Shown here in pieces: positions 25,517 to 54,100 of a DNA stretch of 64,000 bases. The notes beneath the pieces are model-generated. The model was given only the letters and a program-made list of their open reading frames with translations. It was not told the DNA's origin and searched no databases. Within the stretch, counting starts at the first letter, position 1, and the number at the start of each line of letters is the position of its first letter. The stretch is taken from the NCBI GenBank assembly GCA_051362555.1, contig CM120640.1, positions 7,068,001-7,132,000 of the forward strand, in the 5' to 3' direction. The stretch is from Lingula anatina. Taxonomy: Eukaryota; Animalia; Brachiopoda. The position numbers and the translations under genes were made by a program.

Positions 25517-28349
25517 TCGTTACCTGCAAATGTAAGTGTGTCCATATCAATTACATCAAAATTGACTTCCCTCAAAAATGTTTTCACCTCATCTACAAAC
25601 TTAAAAAGAAGATCCTGATATAAAAAACTGTTGTAGAAATTCATTTGTGCCAATTTCAGGAATACAAAGTTAACCAATACTACAGTACTCAGTCATTATG
25701 TGACTTCATTAATTAATACAAAAAGTTAAAGTAGTCATTTATATCTATAACATCAATCAGAGCAGGAAAAAAAAACTTGTTGCCTACTGTTAGCCTGGAT
25801 TTCTTCAGCACTGGCTCTTCACTACTGTTATTTTTCATCAAAGTTGATCTTTTCACCAAATATTGAGGCAAATTTGTTGAAGCCTTAAGCACCAGCTGTG
25901 CTGTTCTAGGCAAAGCATCTCTGGGACTTGGACCGTTAGATGATGTACTGGCTATAGTAACTAGCCTATTCTTCAGGTGCTCTTCCTTCTCATCCCTAGG
26001 ATCAGCAATTAAATAAAAGTATAGAGAATTTTGAGGTCAAAATGTAATATGACATTCTCCAAAGTCATAAATGCATAAATGTGATTTTGTACATATAAGT
26101 CGAGAACAAATCTACGTACATTGAAGAAACATCTTTAACTTTTCTAGCCACCCGTAATATGTCTAGTTTACCAACATACTTGGCCTCTTTGTCCCCAAAG
26201 AAATGTTTCTTTATCTGACTGGCAGACTTCCAAGCAGGGGAGGAGTTTTGGCTTGTTTTATGATCCTGTGGTGTTCTGAAGGATAAATTTCTTCCCTGTG
26301 ATTTATTACAAGGTGGAGAAAAAGGCTGAAGTGAAAAATGAAAAATACACATTTAGAAAAAGTTAACAGACATGGGGCAGTTTGTTTGTTCCTTAACATA
26401 GTGGGACCAAATACTTAATTAACCAAGGATCCAGGGTCTGCTTTAGATCACATCAAATTTTAATCATAAATCTTGGAATTCTGTGGTTTATTGGAAAGAG
26501 CTCATGTCTGTTATACATTTACAGATAAACAAATAAATTATCAAATTAAGAGTTTTAATATGTATGCATAGATACTTGAATACTCAACAACACTGCACTT
26601 AAAACATTTTCTTGATCAATACTTGAACATAAGTTGGCACCAATAAAATGTTTTGTTACCTTTCTCCATACACATTATTTTGCATTCACCCTACGTTTTA
26701 CACATGGTATAGTTCTGCCATATAAAGTTAATTAGGGATAAAACTTGTCTCATTAGATATTATTTGCCAAAATCTGAACATAACAAATATGTTCAATTAT
26801 TTCAAATAGACCAATCAACACAATACACACCTCTTTGTTCTCATTAGTTTGTTCACTGCTGGCTGCAAGAATTCTGAGAAACATCAGTCCAAACTGAGAT
26901 TCCTTCTTAAATGGTTGACTACACAAAATTCTGACCCTGTCCCACTTTTGACAAGACACATCCTTGTCAAAATGTTCGTCTGGAAAAGAATGCCAGATAT
27001 AAAATTAATGGTAAACTATTGAAAATATTCTTCTAGACTAAATAAGTATCATTAAATTTACATGAGACATATGGTATAAGTATTCTAGGAGTTACTTTTT
27101 ATACATCATACACTGTATTCTATTTATCAACAAACAAAAACAGTTGTCAATTTGACTTTGCCTTAACAAACACCAATAACACGTCCTCACACCTTTATTG
27201 AACATTTGTGCCTTAACCTTATTCTTGCCCAGCTTTGAGTCTGCCACAGACATGAAGATGAAGGCTGGGATCAGGGTCTGATATGGTCGGTCTTGAGGCC
27301 AAGTGGAGAGACCCACCTGAATTGACACAGTGAAGCAGCCATAACTACCTGGAAACAGTAACAAAAACTTGGTTAAATTTCACTAAACAAGTGAAGAACT
27401 AGAACTAATTGAAAGATGTTAAAGAGTGCTTATCATAAAAAATAATCAAGAAATAAATGTGGATTTCCTGGCAATAAAATGAACCTTATGAATAGCTAAA
27501 TTGCATTGTTGTTCAAAGAAGATATTTCATCTGAAGAAACCAAAAATCAATGACTTTACAAATAGGAGAATGCAACAGCTGGCACAATGTCTTTAAACGA
27601 AATCTTGAAAAAATCGAATCAATCAGGCTATAATATCTTAATCATTTCAATATAAAGGTCATTAAAAAGTACTAATACCATATTCAAATGTGCATACAAG
27701 CACGGGTATAATCATGAACAGTTTTATACAGTAAATTTTTCTCCTTCCACACTGACCACATCAACAGACCTACTCACCAATGTCAATGTGTGTAATCTGT
27801 GTCAACTGTTCTAACTGAATTGTAGCCTCAATTTGTCCTTTAAGGTCACTTTGTGAACACAACCACTTCTTGTTCTGTACCTCACCGCACAGAAGATTTT
27901 CCACCGGGTGCTTTTCATCCTAATAAAACGAGCAACACATAGTATAAATTTAACCTTTCATGGAATTAAGTAGATGCCAAAAATGATTCAATAGTTAGGA
28001 CGTACATACAGTACGACTTATTCTGCGACCATTAAATGTAATACCTGTGTTTCCACCAACGGATTAACAAACCGGATTAATAATGTTCGAGCATTTGATT
28101 GATGCCTTGTAAGCTGTATTAAAAATAGTGAGCAAGCATACCGATTAAGAAATTCTGAAAGATGCGGAGTTGAAGATACGGAGGTATTTGTTACACCACA
28201 GCTTTCATTTCGAGTTATACACAATATGATACTGCAAAGCACTTTAAGTGTGAATTGTTAACATGATTTAACACAGCTAAAACTTACTGGCATTTTTCTC
28301 TTACCTGAGAACTAAAAGAAACTACATATTTCATTCGCACAGGTGCCAT
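24318..28349 (-). CDS. XNDC1N: XRCC1 N-terminal domain-containing protein (XNDC1N-like) with two C-terminal UBZ-type zinc fingers, 9 exons
   Basis: Exons 28349-28305, 27919-27778, 27348-27193, 26979-26831, 26325-26180, 25995-25788, 25614-25524, 25380-24937, 24604-24318. The N-terminus MAPVRMKYVVSFSSQDEKHPVENLL...STWPQDRPY...DSKLGKN...WDRVRILCSQPF..FGLMFLRI matches XNDC1N better than XRCC1. The C-terminus has CPICGDTFSRDEIEHHAAMC and CPICGAGFSVLEIEEHADSC. No BRCT domains. Confidence 0.85.
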
Positions 28350-28884
28350 TGCTTCCGCTTTTCCAGTTTCGCGGCAATTTTCATAATCTCGTTCCTACGA
28401 TTTAAAAATCGTGCATATTTTCATGCAAGAGCATATATTTCTTTACGTTTAGTTCTGTTAATTTTGGTGGAATTATAATTGGACAATCACGCTTGCATTA
28501 AATTTCAAATTTGCGTAGAATTATGGAGCACGTAGCATCAAGAGTAAAATAGTTGCCCACGTGACAACGGTGACAGCTGGTGAACTAGGCCAAAAGCATA
28601 TATGTCTCTCCGTTTCAAAACCAGAGATCCATAGTTCGAGAGTCAATTTCAGCTCTGTGTTATCTTAGTTGACATATATATCTCTAACGTTGTCGGGAAA
28701 TGTACCAGGTCTTCACAGCTGATCATAGACCGGATTTTAAACGATTTCGCTTTCATATGAACCTGTTTTAATGTTAAAGACCTTTTCCAGTGTTTACTCT
28801 CTCTCGCTGTATTGCGTCGTATTGCGCATTTCAGCTCCACCGGCTGTTCATGGCTGTTTTCACGTGAACCAGGCACGCACGACA
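28350..28884. promoter_or_regulatory. Probable bidirectional promoter between XNDC1N-like and CYP4-like genes
   Basis: Only 535 bp separate the divergent start codons (28349 on -, 28885 on +). CACGTG boxes lie at about 28558 and 28861. Confidence 0.55.
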
Positions 28885-43490
<14,606 letters not shown>

Positions 43491-44869
43491 GGATTGATGT
43501 GATTAAAAAGGTCTTTAAAAAAACATTGCTAATTAGAAGTTATTTAGTCTAAGGGGACGCTTAAATCATAGATCCTAAACAGGTTCTTTGTCTTTGAAAA
43601 TCAGCATGGTCAGATCATTTTTACATTTTTTTTTTTTTTAATTATTTTGGGGAGATTTGTACCAAACCAAATTTTTGATGTACTTCAAATTTGTTCTGTG
43701 GCTTTGCATGCAAAGGGAGGCAGTTTCCTTTTTGTTAAAATCAATGTGATACGATTATTTTTAAGATGGTTGTTGATTTAATGCATCTTTTTTGCATTAT
43801 TTCGGCTGTGCATGTTCACTCCATAATTGCCAGACTGCATTTTTGTTTTACTTCAAATTTGTTCAGAATCTCTGTTTAGTCAAAAGGAAGGTCAGTTTTG
43901 AAAGTCAGCACATTTCCAAATTGCATAGATAATAATAACAGTACTTTGATAGACCCCAAGTTGCAAGCAATAGACAGCATGAATTTTACTTAACATTTTA
44001 AGCAGTGGCAAGAATACAGTGTATTATCATTAAAGCGTAAAGCACAATTACTTACAGCCAGCATTTCTGAGGATATTTTAGAATTTTTATAGATACCATA
44101 TATATGTACATGCAGCAGTACAAGTTAAGTATAATCAACAATGATCTACATGAAATCGAGGTTATATAATTGACAAGATGGAGTCGATTGAACTGAATTC
44201 AGTTAATATTTAATCTTATAAATATTTGAGATGTAAGGAAAGTTTCATATGTCTTTGAAGACTAATCAAATTTGAATGATGCAAAATGTTTTCTGTATAT
44301 AAAACAACACAGGACTGGTAAGTGTTCTGATGAAATGTATTTATCAACATAATCCTTTTATTTTTTTAAGAAAAAAAATGTTTATGTTTGAATTGCCTTG
44401 GCAATCCTGAAGAGAAATGTTAAGGAAATGTCATGTTTGCCAGTGTTTTTCACATTTATTGGAATTAATATTATTAAATTAAGTATAATTCTAAGTTTTT
44501 GATACATTTATGAATGCTTACATATCAATATTTATGTACATGTGAAATATCAGTATGTGCACAATTTCTTATAGGGTCCTATAAGAAATTTTCGTAAAGG
44601 TGTGCATATCAGTATGTTCCAATATATTTACAGTATGTTACTATATAGCAAGATGATTTTATTACTTACTAGCAAAGAATAAAATATTGATGCCCAATCA
44701 TATTAGCCTTAGGGAAATAAGGCCATAAAAAATTAAACATCAAATTATATGTGAAAATAAAACATAACTTTCCCAAATTTAAATATATGATTATTTACAT
44801 CCAGAAATTATTATTTTGAGGGCAATCTGAATGCAGTATCCATTCTACTTAATCACTGGAATGTACTGT

Positions 44870-45337
44870 ACTTGTGAATGCTGTTATTTTTCCATACAGT
44901 TTACGAGTTGGGCTATATCAAAAAATACAATGTTGCAATATTCAGTAATGAAAATAAAATGTGAAATACTCCAATATTAGCAGGGAAATACCCATAGTTA
45001 CTTTTAACTCTAATACTAGGAAGTCATATACTGGCAATCTACATTGTAGTTATGACCTTGAAATTTACCTTTGTTCGCAAATATCCAAGGTCTTATATTT
45101 ACCATTGAACCATTTACCAATCTTACTGGAACCTTGGATTTGACCTTTTACGTTTCCCCGTGATTTGGTTATAAACTGTAATTTTCAAGAAAAAATTAAG
45201 AACTCTTGTTTACTGCCTTTTGTAGAACTTTGTAGAACACTGGAGACGATGCCGCCTTTTTTGTTTTCCATACAAATGTGCTTACTCCAGCTGGTGTTAC
45301 AATACCCGGAGGTGGTATCACCTTTCTGAACCTCTAG
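44870..45337 (+). mobile_element. Older degenerate relative of HINE family B
   Basis: Similar to 38520-38987, with a single decayed monomer. Ends ccagctggtgttacaatacccggaggtggtatcacctttctgaacctctag. Confidence 0.65.
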
Positions 45338-46867
45338 ATGATGGTTGTTTTATGGGAGATGAAGCCTTTTTGTTATTCCCTGGATTGTTTTTTATCACGT
45401 TCGTGCAATGGCTGCAAACAGTTCCATTTCGTTTCCAGGTAGATTTTGTGTAGGCCTATGAAATCAATAAAGATTTATAAAGTGGCTTACATATTAAATG
45501 TCTTAACTGTCTCCGTATTATTATCAATTATGAATGAAAACAATCGGGAAATTGGCTGCTGGTGTCATTGGCACAACCTTGGTTATTAACCATTGTCAAA
45601 ACGCAATGATGCAATGATTGGCTGTTGTGGTTACCCAATATTATAAGTCCCAAACTCGCTTCGAAGCAGCATTTACTCAGTTAACTCGTTGTCTTAATGT
45701 CTTATACAAGCAAATCAAATTTCCCGCAAGAGTAAAAATGAATTGCAGAATCGAGTGGATGGTTTGGTAATCACGTACTGAGACACGCTGCATATAGAAA
45801 CCGGGGTATTGGTGATTCCAGAATCTAGCTACCACACAGGTAAATATTGCAGTGAAATACTGTGCTATTTTGAGCTTCTCACTTTATGACCAGCATGTAA
45901 TTTAATTTAATAACATTACGTTTGCATCTACATGTATTAAGCTGAGATTCAAAAATCCTTAATTTTCTAAAATATGGCATCACGGGTGCTAATACTTTGC
46001 TGGTTTAATGCACAAAATATTTATAAGATTAGCGGGATTATGAACTCATTAGAATTAATAAGGTTGGCTGTAAATGTAATCACTCAACATCGTCCGTAAC
46101 TATTAAGCTGGCGGCCACATGTCTGTCAATCATGGTTTCTGCAGGCGGTTACTTGGTGCGCATGTTTCTAAAACTATCAATACCTGCCAGCCGCATTGTC
46201 GCTGCATGCAGGATATATTTTTTTTTTTTATTTCTGAGGCATGGCGCCAGAGATTTTCTAGTTGTCATTTCGGGAACAGTCTTTTTCCTCCAGGTTGGCT
46301 GATCAATTGGCCAAACATGGTTCTGTTCTACTGGAATGTGAATAATGACCCCCCCCCCCCCAAAAAAAAAAAAAAAAAAAAAAAAGGGTTCCAGTAGATA
46401 CCTGTGTAATAGTCTATAAGCCGTATAGTGGGGCATTATAACACGTATTGCAATGCATCGTGTGTATATTTTGGTCAGTCTGACAACAGAGTTGCATTTT
46501 CATTTGGTTTCCACTGATCAACCACAATTACAAGAGTGACAAAGAATTTTAAAGGAATCATGAATTTCGGCGCCCAATTTAACATTCTTCAAGAGGAATG
46601 GGCCAGAATTTTTTCCTGTATGCAAATCATTGCTAGACAAGTCCTTGCACTTGGTATCGATGATTAGTACCATTTCTAACTGGATAAGTTTTAAACGAAT
46701 ATCAATAATATAGACTGCCATGCCCCCCTCCTTCATTTCAGATATAAAGATCGGCCAGAGCTGGTCACATTAGCAAAACAAATCTAGCAAAGTTTCAGAA
46801 AAGACCGGTGCCTGGATTGTTCAAACATACCGGGTAATCGTAATGTTTTTGAACGTAAGATTACCTC

Positions 46868-47100
46868 TCTCTGGCACTGATGCAAATGGCTTAATGTACA
46901 ATTTTTGTATATCTGATAAAGTCTCTGGGACCATTAAAAAATCGTTGAAATCTCTTTCCATTTGGTATCCGAGTCAGAAATGTCGATAAATATTTCCTGC
47001 ACTGATGGGGTTGAAACCAGGACACATGTCACAGAGACTAAAACCGCAACATAGCCCATCCGGCCGAACAATGTTCAGCCACTATTGAAATGCACTGAAC
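46868..47100 (+). promoter_or_regulatory. Conserved upstream non-coding block of channel copy 2
   Basis: Inverted homolog of 19770-20010 (e.g. aaaccgcaacatagcccatccggccga). Confidence 0.5.
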
Positions 47101-48135
47101 AAATGGAAATTAAATATTGTCTAAATCTGATACGATTAGTATCACAGCAAAAACAAATATGAATATCAATTTTGAATAGCATTAGATTTTATCTTACTAT
47201 TCTTGACATGTTAAAAAACAAAAGATGATTGGATCTACTACATGATTGTAGTACTTAATATATTATTTAAGCTTAACATACGCACCATTAAAGCTAGGAT
47301 AGTGTAGGATAGTGACCATATTTCTCATTGCCATAGGCGCAGTGTTGTGCATCGTTTTTTGCCATAACTAACCAGTTTTCATCAAGTAAGTAAAACTGTT
47401 ATTTTGATTGATATTTTTTCATTTCAAAATCACAAGATTGCATCTACGTTATATCCTTTGATGTGGCTTAGGCTGATGAAAATGAGTAGCCAATGACTTA
47501 AAAAGTCGACATTACGATATTGACGTAAAACCGTTTAACGAATGATTGGCACACATTTAATTACATGTAGTTGTGATAACTAAATGATAAATTGTCAAGA
47601 CAATCATAGTTTGCTTTGATGACCGAACCGGAGTAAGCCAACTTTCAGATTCTCCATAAAACGCAGATTTATAGGTGCATATCGCAAATCAAATGCATAA
47701 ACTTCAGGTCCGATGGCGAACTATCTTCTTAAAACTAAGGGCTCATTCCCAGTGAAACTTAAGTTCTACGTAGATAGATTCAACTCCAATGAAATCAGAT
47801 TAACATATTAACACGCCTCCTCCTGGCGTTGAGTATAATACAGAAAAGCTGGTGATTATATATCTGTAAATCAGACCCCGCGGGGTTGGAACGATCTAGG
47901 TAGAATGATAGTTTTATTGGAAAAGAGCCCCAAAACTCCTAAAGTCGCCTATCAAAATCGATCCCCCGCAAGTTGAAGAGTGTCGAAAGCAATAGTTCAG
48001 AATAACCGTAAGTAGAAAGTTACCTGAAAAATCAGAAATTTGAAAAGGAGCCGTAACCGCCAATATACCTGTGAGCACGGTCAAATAATTATGACACATA
48101 TTAATCATATTTGATTTTTTCAGAGGGATCGGAAA

Positions 48136-51100
48136 ATGGAACTTGACAATCTGGCTGAAGTCAAGAAAAAATTAAACGAGACTTACAACTACGGTGTCAA
48201 TGTTATAGACACGGACATCAAAGGGAACGAGGAGGAAAGTGAAAGAGAACCTACATGGAAGAGTGCATTTGCTACATTCAGCACCGCGACCACTTTCCAT
48301 GGAGTTGGGAAGATAGTTGAAGACACGCCTTTTATGCTGAGAAGGTTTGGAAATAATATGATTGCACCAAAAATTATATACTTATTCACTTTGAAAAGAA
48401 TGGAATGTTCCTAACCTTCTGCCCTGCTTTGTTTTACGGCTACAAAAACCGGTCATTGTAAGGAGATTCTCGTTGTTCAGAATATTTTATTTAATGCTTA
48501 GCACAATTTTACACGGCTGTATATGTGTGCAAGATGTCGGGAAAAGCAGCTTTTAAGCTGATATGATGCCGAAAGTCATAGTGACAAATTCATTAAATTC
48601 TTATAGAATGAACAAATTTTACATCAAATTCGTCAAATGTCTGGATAGTAAGTAAGGTCAATTATATCAGTGGCTAGTTAAAAATGTATCTGGTTAGATT
48701 TTTTAATTATCTATCTATTCTATCTATTCAATCTAAAGTAAAAGTTGTCGAATTTATAATTTTCATATCTACTCTATTTTTACGCATACTTACAGGTTGC
48801 AAAGCTTTGAAGCGAAATGCACCATTTGTTTCCACATTTCTGATGGTATAATTTCAACGTCCCATGCTACGTCAGGCACAATTTATATGAAAAAACATTA
48901 TATTACAGCGCAATCTATTGTATGCACAACTCGATAAGCGTTACAAAAGCAGCCAAGAAAACTAATAAAGAAAATTGACTTTTTAAAAATAAGTATCGAT
49001 CAAGTTCTAGTTGGTAGTTAATGAAAGTACCTGAGTGCATTGTTCTTGTCAGAACAGAGGAAGCATTCGCCAATGAATCACCCTCCCAAACAACTCAGAC
49101 CCTGAGATATTCAGACCATGCATTTTGGTTGTCAATGACGAAATTTGCTTTTGTTTGAACTGGATAAGGCAGAAAAATCGCCCCCTATGCCGCCAAGAAT
49201 GTTGAGTGGTGGTATTGTGATGGCATAGATAAAATATCGATTCAGCTCTAGTTGACAGCTAATGGAAGCACCGGGGTGCATGGTTTATGTTTGAAGAAGC
49301 ATCCCCCGTTGACCCCCCCCCCCCCCCCCCTTAAAAAAAAACCCCGCACCCTGAGATACGGTCTGTTGGAAACACTTCCATAACCAGTACCCCTTTGCCA
49401 TCTTCAATGGCAGAGATATGCTGGGTAGATACAAATCGGTATTCGAAAACACAGGGTTCCTTAATACTTTGAAACTCGATGTATTTCACCCATGTCTGTA
49501 ATATACGAGTCGGATATGTCATAATCCATTTTTACCCACAGTAATTAACTGGGAAATGGCCTTTATCTGGAAATTATTTTGGCTGAATTATATTTTCAAA
49601 TCATCAGTAATTGTAAGTTTGGTTTGAAATACTTTATGATATACTCATCCGTATGAGATTTTCGCAGATTGTCTTCGATTTATTATTGATGAAGCGTGAC
49701 AGCAGACACTTAAGGGCACTCAAAATATAAAGGCAAAAACAGGCGTTTATGTAAACTTGTGTCCAATTACTGCGATTGATTACTATACTATGTCACGTTT
49801 AAAAAAAACCTTAATTGTGGGGAAAATACAAAAATTGAAAAAACACGAACGAGAGACGAGATTAATTTTGTGCGGGTCGATTAATTCATAAAACACATAA
49901 TGCTGAAGGCATTTTGAATTAATAATAAAGGCAAAATTTACCTTAGGCATCAAGGAATAAATGTTCAAAAATCCGTTTTTGGTAATCTGTCTCTCAATCA
50001 AAAACAAGGCCAGTTGTCAACAGATCATTGTAGTTTGGGAGAAAACGTGAAAAGGAGACTTCAGCTGATCTGCTATTATAATATAGGTTGCTTCTGCTCC
50101 AAGTCATAAAACATTGTTAAAGGGGTTCCACCCGCCATCGAATTAAACCAAAATTTAAACGCCTTTTATTTGAACAAAATTCCCATCAAAAATACATTTC
50201 ATCCTGCATTAACAACATGTTTTTTTTTCAGAGTTATATGGATTTTTCTGGTATTGCTTGGGGCTGGTCTGTTTCTAATGCAACTGATAGGGTGCGTCGT
50301 ATACTATCGCTCTTGGCCGGTCACGGTCAACGTCAAAATCAACTATGCTGACAAAATTAACTTTCCTGCCGTTACAATATGCAACCTGAACGCATTCAAG
50401 TAAGTTATGTCTTAAAATGTATGTGGACTGTAACTTAATTCCAATTAGCTGATGTACAAACTTTAAATCCGAAATTTAATATTTTAATGAAACAACCAAT
50501 GAAGAAGATCTTGACTTTATGCGAGTTTTTTAAGCACCATTCAGTGTTTTAAAATACGTATGCCACGTTATAAGTTTGAAGACTATTCAAAATATACACA
50601 AAGACAACATTGTTTAAATGGTTGGTTCAACTTGGTTGGGTCCCAAACAATGCTTACATTATTTCTTTTTACCTCCAAAATCAATGGCTATTTGGTGAGT
50701 TTAACGGGAGGGTGCTAGACAACTCGAGGTCTCCACCACATGCCAGTTGGATGATGACGTCTTTTTCTTAAAAAATACGATTATCGCTGGAAAGACAGTA
50801 CAGTACAATACATCTACATGTATGCGCACAGAATATGATGTATTGATTGAAATATCTATCAATTAAAAAAATTGTGATTCTGGTGGAGAGTAGTACATGT
50901 TCTAGACTATATTTCTTGTTAAAACATTGAAAGTACCGCTGTTGTTTGGTGACGACAGTCCACCTTCATACTAATTATTTACACTCTACCAGGGCCGCGG
51001 ATTGATTTTTTACTAGATATTAACGAATATGTCACTGGTTAAATAGATGACTAATGTCTGCAATCTCTCCGCCTCAACAAATATGTCCACAATAATAATT

Positions 51101-54100
51101 GCGGCCCTGGTAGACGGTACTTATTATAACCGTATTTCAGGATGTCTAAGGCAGCAGAAAATGGCCACTACGAAATAATAAACGAACTTTACTCGAGTGG
51201 GCTCTCTGGGAATCACACAGACAGAACCGGAAATGGCACGATAGAGGACTTATTCCAACTAAATGCACATACCAAAGAAGATATGATATTAAGGCACGCA
51301 CATGATACGTTACCATATTTTCCTCAAACCCCTTTACTTTCTCATTGCTACGAGTATTCTGGTTTTAATACAGAAGAAAACATTCGTTTTAAACAAAACA
51401 CAAATTTTTCTCAGCAGTTTTCATTTATCTTCAATTGTAAAGGGATACACCCTGCTGTAACGTTACAGAGAAGTTTGGAAAATAAAAAGTGTATATTATG
51501 TGTTATCTTATAGTTGCCGCTGGAATAACGGTATCTGTTCCAATTCCGATTTCGAGAAAATTCAAACAGATCATGGAATTTGTTTCACTTTCAATGGAGG
51601 AAATAAACCCGTTAAAACAACAGCTCAGACCGGTAAGTCTAGATCACGGTCGTCTTTGTAACCATTCACATTGTGATGTGTTATGTAATTGATATTAGAA
51701 TTAAAGCCACCCTTTATGGGTAGTGAATCCATTTCCTTTACGTACACATGTTATTCAGGATTGTTGAAACATTTTCATTCTTAATTCCCATTAAAACGAC
51801 AGATAATAATTGGCAGCTTTTACCATCTTTTTGTGCAAATAAGGATTTGGCCAAAATAGCTAAATTTGCGAAAATAAATACCCGGCAAATGAATAAATAA
51901 CAAGAAAAGGAAAAACTTGCTTTTATTTTAATAAATTTCTGTCAAATGCATCAGCGACAAAGGGTGATATCTTGGCGCAATATGAGGTATTTATACATCT
52001 ACAGTATGTACAGCGTTACTCAAAAAGGCGAGATGGATGTAGAATAGCAGATCTGGAGACATCCAGAAGTACGTAAAGAGGGCTTCATATGATTTCAGGC
52101 GCTGAACACGGCCTTAGGCTGACAATCAACATAGAACAGTATGAGTACATGAGCGGTCCATTTGGTTCTGCTGGCCTCAAGGTTCTCTTACACGAGCAGC
52201 ACGAGGTCCCCTTGGTGCGGGATTTGGGGCAAGCCATACCACCCGGATCACACGCCTTCGTGGGAATGTCTGTTATTAAGGTATTTTGAAACGCTCCCTT
52301 ATTGCCAGTTAGGAACTTGATCATAACTATTTTTCAGTAATTAGCACTTACCCATTGACTTGTTGATTCTAAGATAATGACTTCCTTTAAAACTATTCAG
52401 CTCGTGTAGTAGCCTACTGTATGCCTGCAAGAGAAACGGCCCCTTGTTGCCCTTTAGGTACCTGATCATAAAAATCTCTCGGATAAAATTGTATTAGCAC
52501 CTGCCGTTTATAGGAAGTAAAAATTTAGATAATGGTGTGTTTTTGAAATTATGCAACTTCTTCAAACCTTCTGCCTATAACCCTATAACAAGGTACTTTT
52601 AAAATGGTAATTCCAGCATGTGAAACCATATAACCTGCATCCTATTCTAAATACCTGTCGGACCCCTTGGACCTCTCTCCCGCACAACCAATGCTTGGTC
52701 AGTTTCGAACCTCGGAACGAAAATTGGTTTTAGATTATAGTCTTATATTTTCAGTCTATTTTATACATGATAGAACAGTAGTCAACTAATATGGAAATAT
52801 AAGGATTATCGCCGAATTTAATGAGACCCAACTTTTTGGTTCTGAAGTTATGACCAATTTAAGTCTGATTCATTCATTCTTTCATTCATTTATTTGTTGG
52901 TTAGTTGGTTGTGGAACCTGTCCCTGTTTACAACTATCCACAAAGCGTTCCGAAAACGTTTTGTCTGGACGGTTAAAAGAAATTACATCCGTGTAATTGC
53001 AGGTGGAGAACCTGATCCCTCCGCATGGTAAATGTGGCAGTCGTGAGCTGAGGTATTATGACTATTATTCAGTTCCAGCCTGTGATCTGGACTGTGAAGC
53101 AAGACACGTGGTAGAACAATGTGGTTGCCGCGACTTTTACATGCCGGAGATATATACAGGTACCAGTTGTCTTAACCACAATGTAACAATCTTTGTCCAA
53201 TTTGTATTATGTCTTTTATGGAGTATTTTAACTGTGCATCCAGAACACTTCAGCATTTAATCATCGCGTGCACTTAATATACTTTTTTTGAAAAAGGAAT
53301 GACTTAAAGTTACAATTCTTCTGAACAGTTGTTGTTGTAAAAAAATGAAAAAATCGGAAAATTTGGAAAAATCACATGATTTGTTTAATATTTTGTATTA
53401 ACGTTCAACATCATTCATAACTTCACCCTAGGGCACCCTTCTGTATGTAATCTGTCAACTTACGCCACTTGCTTGAGACCCAGTTTAGGTAAGTGTACGA
53501 GGAAAACTGTGGTTAAGACGAGCAGCAAAACTAGCTGACTGCCTTTTCATCTTGAGTTTCGCAAATCGTCTTCATTGGAGCCTCGTTTTTTCCTAATGTT
53601 GCATTGAATATATCTATTCAATCTAAATGACATAATTTGCCATTAGCAAATGTTACAGAAATTTAAAAGAAGTTAATTGCTTTCAGAAACGTACGAACGC
53701 AGTGCTGAGGCGTGTCCGTGTCCAGTACCCTGTAATAGAACGCTGTTCGACACGACGACCACATACGCCACTATTTCTAATTTCAATACCGAAACCTGGC
53801 TGAGAAGTGAAGGCTTACAGCTGCTTCAAAAGAAATACGTCAAAGCAAGAGAAATTCGACAAAAGGTTGATCAAGCCATACGCACAGACGACGAGGCTAA
53901 ATTTAAAGATTTGTTGGAGAAATATGAAGATATACTTCGCTTTTTCGATAACATAACAATTATTCTCAAAACAGTCAAATCTTCCATAAGTACTATGACG
54001 GAAGAACTGAAACCAAGAATTGCTTTTCACAGTAACTGGGGACTAGAGTCTAGCGTTTTCACATATCATAATGATTTTATCAGAGGGTGGAATGTGATGG

